Position numbers and translations under genes: made by a program. DNA of 59,663 nucleotides from contig CBFIBM010000012.1 of assembly GCA_965660855.1 (NCBI GenBank), positions 1 through 59,663 on the forward strand. Direction: 5' to 3'. Below the pieces are notes generated by a model that did not search any database, had not been told where the DNA came from, and worked only from the letters and a program-made list of their open reading frames with translations. The DNA comes from an uncultured bacterium (GTDB lineage: Bacteria; Fidelibacterota; Marinisomatia; Marinisomatales; UBA1611). Shown here in pieces: positions 8,744-18,762 of this stretch (positions within the stretch are counted from its first letter, which is position 1; every line of letters begins with the position of its first letter).

Positions 8744-11134
8744 ATGCGAATCATAAAAAGAATTTTTATTATCACGGCCTTAATCTTTTTTAATATTAGT
8801 TTATCGCAAAGAGAATATCTAAAAGATATTAATATTTCTGAGTTAAGTCGCAAAACTATTTATGCTAAAAAAATAAGTTCTTCTCCAATAATTGATGGTC
8901 TTTTAGATAAAGAAATATGGGATTCTTCTATGATAACAACTGATTTTTTTCAGATAGAACCAAAAGAACTTTCACCTCCATCAGAGCCCACGTCGGTTCG
9001 TATATTATATGATAATAAATCAATTTACGTATTTATTGAAGCTTTTGATTCAAGGCCAGATGATATTAAAAAGACTTTAGTCCGAAGGGATAGTTGGATG
9101 GATGGTTTTTCAAATAATGCAGATTGGGTTGGGATATCCATAGATTCAAAAAATGATGATTATAATGGTATTTTTTTTGGAGTCAATTCATCTGGAGCTA
9201 AAATTGATGTAGCTGTTTCGGGCGATGATCAATATGATCTTACATGGGATGGAGTTTGGGACGTTTCGGTAGCCTTAAATAAAAAAAGTTGGACAGCTGA
9301 ATTTGAATTACCTTTATTTTTATTTCAATATGAAAATAAACCTAATATGGAGTGGGGAATTCAAGTACAGCGAGGCCTTCATCGATTACAAGAAACTATT
9401 AGTTGGCCTGGGAAACCAAAAACAGTAAGAGGAATAGTTTTACCATATGGGGTTTTAAAAGGGCTTTCTGACCTACCAAAACAAAGTCAGTTAGAAGTAA
9501 TTCCATATCTTTTATCAGGGAAGCAAGAAGATTATAAATTAAGCTTAGGGCTTGATGCTAGATACAGCTTAACTACAAATTCAATAATGAGAGCAACGAT
9601 TAATCCTGATTTTGGACAAGTTGAAGCAGATCCTTCAGTTGTCAATTTAACTGCATTTGAAACATTTTATGAAGAAAAGAGACCTTTTTTTACGGAAGGA
9701 TTAGATTTTTTTAGACAAAGAATAAATTTATTTAATTCGCGAAGGATTGGGAAGAGTCCGAGTTATAATATTCCTGATAATGGAGAATTAGAAGATGTTT
9801 CAGATTTTACTAAAATTTTAGGTGCAACCAAAATTATGGGTACCTCGAATTCAGGTATTAACTATGGTTTTATCGGTGCAGTAACTTCTGAAGAAAAAGG
9901 AAAATTAATAGACTCCACAATTGTAAAAAATCATATTATTGAACCACAAACATATTATTCAATTGGTAGGTTTGAGTTTCCTATACTTAATAGTATTTCT
10001 CGCTTTGGCTTAATGGGAACTAATGTTTCACGAAGAGATACATCTGATGCAACTGTCTATGGCGGTGACTGGGATCTGGGGTTTTTTGATAACAAACTTT
10101 TTTCAAAAGGTCAGTTAGTAACTTCTAATTCTAACGGTATTTTAGGAAGTGCATTTAGGTTTAATGTTGGTTATTTAGATCCAATTTGGTGGGGAATTCG
10201 TTTTTGGTTTGGAACTCTTGATAATAACTTTAATGTAAATGATTTAGGTTACTCTAGGAGGAATAATTATTCTTGGTCAGGCGCAATGGTAGAATTTAGA
10301 AGGCAGGAGCCTAATAATTTATTTATTAATAATGAATTAAAATTTTTTTATAAACATTCTTGGAATGGAGATAAAGATATTCTTGAAAAAGAAATCGAAT
10401 TTAAAAGTAATAATTTACTTAAAAATTATTGGAATATTAGTCTTGGTGGGGGATATGAGTTTACAGCTCTTAATGATGAGAATTTATTTCAAGATGAGGA
10501 TGCATGGGTTTATGAAACTGAATCAAAAGCACGTGCAGGCATAAATTTCAAGACAGATAGAAGAAAAAATATAATTTTAGGCGGAGGAAATGGGTTTGGA
10601 TTTGGAAAAAATAGAGGTTGGGGCTACCGACGAGAATTAGAATTAAAATATAAACCGTTTGAATCTTTAATGATAGAAGCACAACTAACAGAAGATTTCA
10701 GTCCTAATGCGATGCAATATGTTGAAGTTTTGAGATACAATAATGATACTGTTAGGGTTTATGCTGAATCAAAACTTTTAACTAGAGATTTGTCATTGCG
10801 ACTAAATTGGACATTTACTCCTGAGATGACATTACAATGCTATGTTCAACCTTTTTTTGCCAGTATGGAATATGAAAATTTTTCTCGTTTGGAATATGAA
10901 AAAAGTGCTAGTTTAATTTCATATCCATTTTTATTTGAAAATGAAAATCCAAATTTTAAATATTCAAATTCAATAGGAACTTTTGTTTTTAGGTGGGAAT
11001 ACAGATCTGGAAGTACAATTTATTTAGTCTATAATTTGAATCAGGAAAATTCATATTCATTTACAACAAAAGATTGGACTTTGACAAACAAAAATGCAGT
11101 TTACTTTAAAATAAATTATTGGTATAAAAATTAA
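8744..11134 (+). CDS. CBM9-like + DUF5916 outer-membrane protein
   Basis: PIIDGLLD..W, WTAEFELP, TINPDFGQVEAD, FYEEKRPFF motifs; aromatic beta-barrel-like C-terminus. Confidence 0.8.
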   Translation: MRIIKRIFIITALIFFNISLSQREYLKDINISELSRKTIYAKKISSSPIIDGLLDKEIWDSSMITTDFFQIEPKELSPPSEPTSVRILYDNKSIYVFIEAFDSRPDDIKKTLVRRDSWMDGFSNNADWVGISIDSKNDDYNGIFFGVNSSGAKIDVAVSGDDQYDLTWDGVWDVSVALNKKSWTAEFELPLFLFQYENKPNMEWGIQVQRGLHRLQETISWPGKPKTVRGIVLPYGVLKGLSDLPKQSQLEVIPYLLSGKQEDYKLSLGLDARYSLTTNSIMRATINPDFGQVEADPSVVNLTAFETFYEEKRPFFTEGLDFFRQRINLFNSRRIGKSPSYNIPDNGELEDVSDFTKILGATKIMGTSNSGINYGFIGAVTSEEKGKLIDSTIVKNHIIEPQTYYSIGRFEFPILNSISRFGLMGTNVSRRDTSDATVYGGDWDLGFFDNKLFSKGQLVTSNSNGILGSAFRFNVGYLDPIWWGIRFWFGTLDNNFNVNDLGYSRRNNYSWSGAMVEFRRQEPNNLFINNELKFFYKHSWNGDKDILEKEIEFKSNNLLKNYWNISLGGGYEFTALNDENLFQDEDAWVYETESKARAGINFKTDRRKNIILGGGNGFGFGKNRGWGYRRELELKYKPFESLMIEAQLTEDFSPNAMQYVEVLRYNNDTVRVYAESKLLTRDLSLRLNWTFTPEMTLQCYVQPFFASMEYENFSRLEYEKSASLISYPFLFENENPNFKYSNSIGTFVFRWEYRSGSTIYLVYNLNQENSYSFTTKDWTLTNKNAVYFKINYWYKN

Positions 11135-11140
11135 ATTTAG

Positions 11141-11845
11141 ATGTTAATTGATATAATAAATATTATTAAAGCTCTCCCTAGTCAGCACCTTATTTTTGGT
11201 GTAATTAGTACTGTACTATGCATTGCTGTCGCGTGGGTCTATAGTAAAAGTTCTGAAAAGTTAAAGAAAATTATAATTCAAGCTACCTCTTATCTTGTTA
11301 TATTTAATGAGATTGCATTTCAAATAAATATGCTGTTTTATGGTATATGGTCATACAGAACTTCATTACCTCTAGAAATGTGTTATATATCTGCTCTATT
11401 GATACCATTTTACAGTAAAAATAATACTTCAAGAATATTGAAAACTTGGTTTTTCTTTGCAGGTTTTTGTGGGTCACTCTTTGCATTCATTAATACAAAC
11501 TTATCTGAGTTCGAACAAATATACATATCCATACATTATTTTTTTGCTCATGGATTGGTTATATTTATCGCATTTAGTATTATTGTAGATGGCTATAGAC
11601 CTACCTGGGGAGACTATTTTGAGGTAATTAAATGGACTACAGTATTAGTCATAAGTATAGTAATAATTAATGTTGTACTTAAAAGTAACTATATGTTTAC
11701 ATTTGAAAAACCTGATGGAGTTAATTTTACACTATTAATGCCAGACTGGCCTTATTATTTTTTGATTATGTTATTTATTGGTTTATCATCATATACTGTA
11801 ATGATGTGTTTTAAATTTATTCCATTAAATAAAAATCGCTCATAA
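11141..11845 (+). CDS. YwaF/TIGR02206 family integral membrane protein
   Basis: LPLEMC, YFFAHG, NYMF, WPYY motifs; multiple TM segments. Confidence 0.75.
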   Translation: MLIDIINIIKALPSQHLIFGVISTVLCIAVAWVYSKSSEKLKKIIIQATSYLVIFNEIAFQINMLFYGIWSYRTSLPLEMCYISALLIPFYSKNNTSRILKTWFFFAGFCGSLFAFINTNLSEFEQIYISIHYFFAHGLVIFIAFSIIVDGYRPTWGDYFEVIKWTTVLVISIVIINVVLKSNYMFTFEKPDGVNFTLLMPDWPYYFLIMLFIGLSSYTVMMCFKFIPLNKNRS

Positions 11846-11853
11846 CGCTCATA
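11834..11853 (+). promoter_or_regulatory. Tandem direct-repeat operator candidate, box 1 (AATCGCTCATAACGCTCATA), upstream of TTGCAT-N17-TAACTT
   Basis: Near-identical to boxes at 20641, 22200 and 26375; precedes the DUF2878-cfa operon; overlaps the stop codon of the upstream gene. Confidence 0.8.
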
Positions 11854-11891
11854 TTTATTGCATCTTAAATATTTACTAAATAACTTTACAA

Positions 11892-12410
11892 GTGAGTAAA
11901 TATAAAGTATTTAATATAGTAGGTTTCCAAATTAGTTGGTGGATTTGTGTTCTTTCAGCAACTACTGAAATGGCATATTTTGGCCCCCTTGTTATGGCTA
12001 TATTCATTATAATACATTTCTGGAAATTTACTGATAGTATTAATGAGTTAAAATTGATAGCTATTTTTGGAGTTCTAGGAACTATAGTAGACACTATGTT
12101 CATGCATTTAGGGCTTCTTAGTTATGATGGATTATATTCAAAAGATATTTTAATTGCACCCTTATGGATTACAGCTATGTGGTGCGGCTTTTCAGCAACA
12201 ATTAATCACTCTATGCATTGGTTAAATAATAAATGGATGCTTTCATTTGTTTTAGGATTGGTGTTTGGTCCACTTTCTTATATAACCGGTGAAAAATTTG
12301 GTGCGATTAGCTTTACTGTAGATATAAAAATTATAATAGTCGTTCTCGCAATTGTCTGGGGATTAAGTATTCCTTCTATATATTGGGTAAATAATAAATT
12401 GGATAATTAA
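11892..12410 (+). CDS. DUF2878 family membrane protein
   Basis: NIVGFQISWWICV, PLWITAMW, FGPLSY..G motifs; typical cfa-operon neighbour. Confidence 0.8.
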   Translation: MSKYKVFNIVGFQISWWICVLSATTEMAYFGPLVMAIFIIIHFWKFTDSINELKLIAIFGVLGTIVDTMFMHLGLLSYDGLYSKDILIAPLWITAMWCGFSATINHSMHWLNNKWMLSFVLGLVFGPLSYITGEKFGAISFTVDIKIIIVVLAIVWGLSIPSIYWVNNKLDN

Positions 12411-12414
12411 TAAA

Positions 12415-13116
12415 ATGAGATGCATTATTAAATTAATTTTCTCTTCTATTATATTAACTGCGAATATTTATCCTGAAGTATTATATAATAGCTCCTATGA
12501 TTTATTAAAATTATTAATTGAAAAAACAGGGTGGGTAAATGATGGTGAGGAAAATGGATTCTCACTAAGTAAGAAGCTGATCAAAAACAAAGATCTTTAT
12601 GCTTTAAGAGTACAAAAGAAAGTTGGATTCTCACCTGATATAATTCAAGAAATCTTAATAGACGTGAATAATTATGATCAGTTTTTATCAAAATCTAATA
12701 ATATTAAATCGTATGAATTGAACAGGTCTAATAAATGGGTTGATGCATATCAATTTATCGAAAATAATATTCCATTCTTAGATAATCGTGAATACTGCTT
12801 CAGGATATCTAAAGAAGGTTTAGATGATAGTGATAAAATATCTCTAGTGCATTGGTATTTACTTGAGAAAAATTATTATGATACGTCACATTTAGTAAAG
12901 AATAATAAGTCAATTTATTTAAATTACGGGGCTGGTTTATGGCTGGCAGAAGAACAAATTGACCAGTCTGTTATGATATCATATATTATTTATATTGACC
13001 CTGGTGGATCTATTCCAGACTTTTTAATAGATAAAGCTAATAGAGTTAGCCTTGTTAATATATTAGAAGATACTATAATAGAAGCAAATAGAAGGATAAA
13101 TTTAAAAAATAGTTAG
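12415..13116 (+). CDS. START/SRPBCC lipid-binding domain protein (exported)
   Basis: PFLDNREY and YIDPGGSIPDFL START-like motifs; N-terminal signal-like segment. Confidence 0.65.
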   Translation: MRCIIKLIFSSIILTANIYPEVLYNSSYDLLKLLIEKTGWVNDGEENGFSLSKKLIKNKDLYALRVQKKVGFSPDIIQEILIDVNNYDQFLSKSNNIKSYELNRSNKWVDAYQFIENNIPFLDNREYCFRISKEGLDDSDKISLVHWYLLEKNYYDTSHLVKNNKSIYLNYGAGLWLAEEQIDQSVMISYIIYIDPGGSIPDFLIDKANRVSLVNILEDTIIEANRRINLKNS

Positions 13117-13664
13117 TGATGATAAAGCTACTACATTCCTCTTTTTTATATTTGTTGGTAACCTTAATCAGTTGCAATGAACCTTATAAAGATTTTAAAA
13201 AGGATGAAATGGAAACTGTAGAATATGTAGACATTGATAAGTTCATGGGTGATTGGTATGTCATAGCAAACATCCCAACATTTATTGAAAAAGAAGCTTC
13301 AAATGCAATTGAATCCTACAAATTAGATAAAGAAGGAAATATTGCAACAACTTTTACCTTTTTTAAAAAGTCCTCGCCCGACAAAATTGTTAAATACACA
13401 CCTAAAGGATTTATTGTAAATAAAAAAACAAATGCTGAATGGAGAATGCAATTTTTATGGCCCTTTAAGGCTAAGTTTTTGATTATTGATTTAGATGAAA
13501 ATTATGAAACCACTGTGATTGGCCATCCAAGCAGAAACTATGTCTGGATCATGGCTAGGAATCCAATAATTGAAGATTCTAAATATAGATCTATTATTGA
13601 TAATCTTTTATTAATTGGTTATGATATAAGTAAAATCAAGAAAGTACCCCAGAAGTGGAATTAA
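13116..13664 (+). CDS. blc: Bacterial lipocalin (lipoprotein)
   Basis: LISC lipobox; VDIDKFMGDWYVIA, FLWPF, YVWIMAR motifs. Confidence 0.9.
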   Translation: MMIKLLHSSFLYLLVTLISCNEPYKDFKKDEMETVEYVDIDKFMGDWYVIANIPTFIEKEASNAIESYKLDKEGNIATTFTFFKKSSPDKIVKYTPKGFIVNKKTNAEWRMQFLWPFKAKFLIIDLDENYETTVIGHPSRNYVWIMARNPIIEDSKYRSIIDNLLLIGYDISKIKKVPQKWN

Positions 13665-13692
13665 ATACTTTAATTTGATTTATGGCTTCAAT

Positions 13693-14943
13693 ATGAAAAT
13701 TGCAATTATTGGTTCGGGTATATCAGGTCTCACAAGTGCATACCTTTTAAGCAGAAAAAATGATGTTACCGTATTTGAGAAAAATAATTATATAGGTGGT
13801 CACACGCACACACATGAGTTAGAATTTAATGGTCATACTCATTTTGTTGATTCAGGTTTTATTGTGTATAACGAACGAACATATCCAAATTTCATAAAAA
13901 TATTGAATCAGTTAAATGTTGATCGCCAGATTACTAGGATGGGGTTTAGTGTAAAATCAAAAGATAATAATTTAGAGTATGCGGGTCACTCTCTTAATGG
14001 TTTATTTGCACAAAGATCAAATTTATTGAATCCTTCTTATTTGAATATGCTATTGAGTATGTTAAGGTTCAATAAAGAATCGCGAAACGATTTGAATTCT
14101 ATGAAAACAAGTCTGACCCTTGGAGAATATTTAAAAAAAAATCATTATCCAGATATTTTTATCCAAAATTTTATCATACCGATTGGTGCAGCAGTTTGGT
14201 CTACTGTTCCTAACCTTATGATGGAAATGCCTGCCATATTTTTTATAAGATTCTTTGAAAATCATGGGATGCTTCAAATAATAGATCGCCCAAAATGGTG
14301 GGTAATAAAAAATGGTTCCAAATCTTATGTTGAAAAAATTATAAGTAACTTTAGAGATAAAATACGTTTATCAAATCCAGTCAAAAATGTAAAAAGAATT
14401 GATGGAAAAATTATAATTGCTTCAGGGAAAGATAACATTATAGAGGAAGAGTTTGATTCAGTGGTTTTTGCCACTCATAGTAACCAATCTTTAAAGCTTC
14501 TTGAAAAACCTTCAGCTCTTGAAAAAGAGATTTTAGGTGCTATACCATATCAAAATAATAGAGCATTGCTACATTATGATGAGTCAATTTTACCTAAAAG
14601 AAAAAATGCATGGTCTAGTTGGAATTATAATCTGGACCGTGATGAAGATAAACCTGTATCACTGACTTACAACATGAATATATTACAAGGTTTAGATTCT
14701 ACTAGAACATATTGCGTATCCTTAAACAGTGACGATCTGATTGATAAATCAAAAGTAATAAAGAAGTTAGATTATGAGCACCCTCTTTTTACACTTGAAG
14801 GCGTGGAAGCGCAAAAAAGAAAACACCAGATTAGTGGTGTAAACAATACTTATTATTGTGGTGCATATTGGAGAAATGGATTCCACGAAGATGGAGTAGT
14901 GAGTGCCCTAGATGTCTGTAAAAGTTTCGGAGAGTATTTATGA
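13693..14943 (+). CDS. FAD-dependent oxidoreductase, amine-oxidase family (UfaD-like fatty-acyl desaturase)
   Basis: MKIAIIGSGISGL Rossmann motif (ATG 13693 preferred over TTG 13675); VDSGFIVYNERTYPNF; CGAYWRNGFHEDG; adjacent to DUF1365 and cfa. Confidence 0.85.
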   Translation: MKIAIIGSGISGLTSAYLLSRKNDVTVFEKNNYIGGHTHTHELEFNGHTHFVDSGFIVYNERTYPNFIKILNQLNVDRQITRMGFSVKSKDNNLEYAGHSLNGLFAQRSNLLNPSYLNMLLSMLRFNKESRNDLNSMKTSLTLGEYLKKNHYPDIFIQNFIIPIGAAVWSTVPNLMMEMPAIFFIRFFENHGMLQIIDRPKWWVIKNGSKSYVEKIISNFRDKIRLSNPVKNVKRIDGKIIIASGKDNIIEEEFDSVVFATHSNQSLKLLEKPSALEKEILGAIPYQNNRALLHYDESILPKRKNAWSSWNYNLDRDEDKPVSLTYNMNILQGLDSTRTYCVSLNSDDLIDKSKVIKKLDYEHPLFTLEGVEAQKRKHQISGVNNTYYCGAYWRNGFHEDGVVSALDVCKSFGEYL

Positions 14944-15719
14944 GTTTATCAATCAAAAGTTATATTTATTCTGGGAAAATTCAGCACAGAAGGTACTCTC
15001 CTTTTAAACATTTTTTTACGTATCCGTTATTCTTTGCATATATAGATTTAGATACGATTAGCTCCACCCTTAAAAAGTCATGGTTTTGGAATATTGATAA
15101 ACCTGCAGTTATTTCATTTAATAGAAAAGACTATCATGGTGATAATCATGCAGAATTATCATCGTCAGTTCGGGAGACTATTTTTAAGAAAACTGGTAAT
15201 ATGCCAAGTGGTCCAATAAGACTTCTAACCCACCTGAGATATTTTGGATATTGTTTTAATCCTGTAAGTTTCTATTATTGCTTTGATAAAGAAGATACTG
15301 ATTTAGAGTATATTTTGGCGGAGGTTACAAATACACCTTGGAAAGAGAGATTTGCATATGTAATTGATAAAAAATCAGAAAAAGATAAAATTGCTTTTGA
15401 TATTGATTTAAAAAAAGAATTACACGTTAGTCCTTTCTGGGGAATGGATCATGATTATAGATGGGTATTCTCTAATCCCGAAGAAAAGCTATTTGTTAAT
15501 ATGAAAAATTATAGAAACGGATCTAAGGTTTTTGATGCTACTTTAAGCTTAGATCGAAGTTCTTTTTCAAAAACTTCACTTTTAAAGCAAATATCTAGAT
15601 TTCCTTTCATCACTATAGTTGTAGTCTTTAGAATCCATTTGCATGCGGCGATATTGTGGCTTAGAAGAGCCCCTTTTTTTGTGCACCCTAGTAAGTTAAA
15701 TCATGAAGAGAAGGATTAA
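14940..15719 (+). CDS. DUF1365 family protein (UfaO-like)
   Basis: HRRY.P..H.F.Y, FNPVSFYYC, AEVTNTPW, LHVSPF motifs. Confidence 0.9.
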   Translation: MSLSIKSYIYSGKIQHRRYSPFKHFFTYPLFFAYIDLDTISSTLKKSWFWNIDKPAVISFNRKDYHGDNHAELSSSVRETIFKKTGNMPSGPIRLLTHLRYFGYCFNPVSFYYCFDKEDTDLEYILAEVTNTPWKERFAYVIDKKSEKDKIAFDIDLKKELHVSPFWGMDHDYRWVFSNPEEKLFVNMKNYRNGSKVFDATLSLDRSSFSKTSLLKQISRFPFITIVVVFRIHLHAAILWLRRAPFFVHPSKLNHEEKD

Positions 15720-15721
15720 TA

Positions 15722-16993
15722 ATGAGTGATGATTATCAACTAAAAGAACTTGCAGAGTCAGTTAAGAATCAAAAAAAATCTACATTTTTATCTTCAATAT
15801 TTAAAAAAGCCCTCTTTGATAAGTTCAAATTAATCGATGTAGGGTTCATTGAACTGAAAGATGGGTCAAATACGTTTATATTTGGTGATAAATCCGACAG
15901 CCTGAAAACATCAATTACGATTCATTCTCAAGAATTTTATGTTCTCCTTGGTAGTGGTGGTACGATGGGTGTCTCTGAAGCGTATATGGCTGGATATTGG
16001 AGTTCTTCAGATCTTGTAGCTTTATTACGAATTGTTCTTAAAAATAGATCTGTATTAGATTCTCTGGATTCTGGAATAGCAAAATTGATCCAACCAGTGA
16101 ATAAACAGATTCATAAAAGTAGACAAAATACTTTAAGAGGTAGTAAGAGCAATATTTTAGCACACTACGACCTGAGTAATGAATTTTACAGTTTGTGGCT
16201 AGATTCAACGATGACATATTCATGTGGATATTTTAATAATAAGGATTCTAGTTTGAAAGATGCTTCAATTGAAAAAATTGACAGAATTTGTAGGAAATTA
16301 AAACTTTCAAAAGAAGACTCACTGCTTGAAATTGGAACTGGTTGGGGGAGTTTCTCTGCTCATGCAGCAGAGAATTATGGTTGCAGTATTGTTACTACAA
16401 CTATTTCAGATGCCCAATACAGATATGCTGATAAACTATTTAAAGAAAAGGACCTTTCATCTAAAATCCAATTGTTGAATATGGATTACAGAAAATTAGA
16501 TGGAGAATATGACAAAATTGTCTCGATTGAAATGATTGAAGCTGTAGGCTATCAATATATCCCCGCATATTTACAAAAGATTGATTCACTACTTAAATCT
16601 AATGGTAAAGCTTTAATACAAGGTATAACATATAATGATCAAAGCTTCGAGAACTATAAGAATTCTGTTGATTTTATTAAGAAATATATATTCCCAGGTT
16701 CATGTCTTATTTCCCTATCTCAAGTTTTAGATGTAATTAAAATTCAGACAAGTATGGCACTAGTAGATATGGAAGATATAACCATACATTATGCAGAAAC
16801 TTTAAAATGTTGGAGAGAAAATTTTTTTAAAGTACTTCCTGATATAAAAAATTTAGGTTTTTCAGATTCTTTTATAAGAATGTGGGAATTTTATTTTGTA
16901 TTTTGCGAGGCTGGGTTTTTAGAGAGGAATATAGGAGATGTTCAATTAGTTTTTGCAAAAGAAGATGCGAGAGATATAAGGATTAATTACTAA
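15722..16993 (+). CDS. cfa: Cyclopropane-fatty-acyl-phospholipid synthase family SAM methyltransferase (UfaM/CfaS-like)
   Basis: NILAHYDLSNEFY, MTYSC, LEIGTGWG, SIEMIEAVG, YIFPG, HYAETL motifs. Confidence 0.9.
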   Translation: MSDDYQLKELAESVKNQKKSTFLSSIFKKALFDKFKLIDVGFIELKDGSNTFIFGDKSDSLKTSITIHSQEFYVLLGSGGTMGVSEAYMAGYWSSSDLVALLRIVLKNRSVLDSLDSGIAKLIQPVNKQIHKSRQNTLRGSKSNILAHYDLSNEFYSLWLDSTMTYSCGYFNNKDSSLKDASIEKIDRICRKLKLSKEDSLLEIGTGWGSFSAHAAENYGCSIVTTTISDAQYRYADKLFKEKDLSSKIQLLNMDYRKLDGEYDKIVSIEMIEAVGYQYIPAYLQKIDSLLKSNGKALIQGITYNDQSFENYKNSVDFIKKYIFPGSCLISLSQVLDVIKIQTSMALVDMEDITIHYAETLKCWRENFFKVLPDIKNLGFSDSFIRMWEFYFVFCEAGFLERNIGDVQLVFAKEDARDIRINY

Positions 16994-16995
16994 AG

Positions 16996-18030
16996 ATGAT
17001 AAAATCATTAATACAATTAGCTGAAAAAGGTATTCTACCTGATTTTTTAATTAGATTTGGAATAAGAAAATTATCAAAAGTACGTTTAGATAGAGCCAAA
17101 TACTCAACAAAAGAAGAAGTAGCCAAATGGCATCAAGATTGGGTTTCAATTCTCAAAAAAAGTCCAGTTGCTCTTGTTCCTGAAAAAGCAAATGAACAAC
17201 ATTATGAAGTTCCGCCATTATTTTTTGAATATTGCTTAGGGCCTAACCTTAAGTATAGTTCTGGTTATTGGCCGGATTATGTAAATACCTTAGAAGAATC
17301 AGAAGTTGCAATGCTTGAGTTGTCATGCGAAAGAGCAAAAATACAAGACGGAAATATGATTCTAGAATTAGGCTGTGGTTGGGGCTCCCTAACTTGTTTT
17401 ATGGCTAAAAAATACCCTAAGAGTCAGATTACCGCTGTAAGTAACTCCAAGGATCAAAAAAAATATATATTAAAGAGATGTGCTGAAAATCAAATTGAAA
17501 ATGTTAATGTTATTACTGCTGATATGAATGATTTTGAAATTAAGGAAAAGTATGACAACGTTATTTCTATCGAGATGTTTGAGCATATGCGTAATTATAA
17601 AAAATTATTATCAAAGATTTCAAATTTTCTTAATAAAAAAGGATCACTTTTCATCCATATTTTCACACATGAATTTCTTGCTTATCCTTTTGAAAATGAA
17701 GGTGATGGCGATTGGATGGCAAGAGAATTTTTTAGTGGTGGGATGATGCCCTCTCATAATTTATTACTATATTTCCAAGATGATTTAAAAATTGATCATG
17801 TTTGGAGGTTGTCAGGGAAGCATTATGAAAAAACTTCATTAGCTTGGTTAAAAGAAATGGATAAGAATAAGAAAAATATAATCGAAATTTTTAAAGAAAC
17901 TTATGGTGAAAAAAATGCTAAAATATGGTTCCAGAGATGGCGTATTTTCTATTTGTCTTGTGAACAACTTTTTGGTTACAACAATGGAACTGAATGGGGA
18001 GTTTCACATTATCGGTTTGTGAAAAATTAA
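16996..18030 (+). CDS. Second CFA-related SAM methyltransferase (coclaurine N-methyltransferase-like subfamily)
   Basis: ANEQHYEVP, LKYS, LELGCGWGS, SIEMFEHMRN, WFQRWR motifs. Confidence 0.85.
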   Translation: MIKSLIQLAEKGILPDFLIRFGIRKLSKVRLDRAKYSTKEEVAKWHQDWVSILKKSPVALVPEKANEQHYEVPPLFFEYCLGPNLKYSSGYWPDYVNTLEESEVAMLELSCERAKIQDGNMILELGCGWGSLTCFMAKKYPKSQITAVSNSKDQKKYILKRCAENQIENVNVITADMNDFEIKEKYDNVISIEMFEHMRNYKKLLSKISNFLNKKGSLFIHIFTHEFLAYPFENEGDGDWMAREFFSGGMMPSHNLLLYFQDDLKIDHVWRLSGKHYEKTSLAWLKEMDKNKKNIIEIFKETYGEKNAKIWFQRWRIFYLSCEQLFGYNNGTEWGVSHYRFVKN

Positions 18031-18045
18031 ACTACTAAAATTTTT

Positions 18046-18762
18046 ATGTACATAGCTCTATTTATTTTCTTTCATTGGTACTTTTCTTTGTTTTTTCAAA
18101 CATTCTTTCTCCATAGATATGCTTCGCATAACATGTTTAAAATGAGTCCTTTATGGGAAAAAATATTTTTTTCTCTAACATTTATTTTCCAAGGTTCTTC
18201 ATTTTTGAATCCTGCCGCATATGCCATAATGCACAGACGCCATCACTCACACACTGATACTGAAAAAGATCCTCATTCACCGTTATATATTACTAATATA
18301 ATATCTTTTAACCTTGCTACGGCCCTAAGGTATAGAGAATTAGTTGTAGATTTAAAGAAAGGGAATATCTCTGAGAAAAATTTACCTAGATGGAAGTTTA
18401 TTGAAAATTTAGGTGAATCTTTGATCGTAAGAGCCGTTTTTATATTATTATATTTTTTATTTTATTTGGAGTTCGCAAACTCAAAATGGTATTTTATTTT
18501 TTTGCCAATAAATATTTTTATGGGACCAATTCATGGATTTATAGTTAATTGGTTTGGACATAAAACTGGATATAGAAACTTTAATGACTTGAATGATAAC
18601 TCTAAAAATTCTTTACCATTAGATTTTTTAATGATGGGTGAGTTATACCAAAATAATCATCATAAAAAGCCAAATGATTTAAATTTTGCTAAAAATTGGT
18701 TTGAGTTTGATTTTGGTTATATAATATCAAATATTTTAAGAAAAATAAAGGTGATATATTGA
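18046..18762 (+). CDS. Acyl-CoA/acyl-lipid desaturase (delta-9-like)
   Basis: His boxes HRYASH, HRRHH, QNNHH; DPHSP. Confidence 0.9.
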   Translation: MYIALFIFFHWYFSLFFQTFFLHRYASHNMFKMSPLWEKIFFSLTFIFQGSSFLNPAAYAIMHRRHHSHTDTEKDPHSPLYITNIISFNLATALRYRELVVDLKKGNISEKNLPRWKFIENLGESLIVRAVFILLYFLFYLEFANSKWYFIFLPINIFMGPIHGFIVNWFGHKTGYRNFNDLNDNSKNSLPLDFLMMGELYQNNHHKKPNDLNFAKNWFEFDFGYIISNILRKIKVIY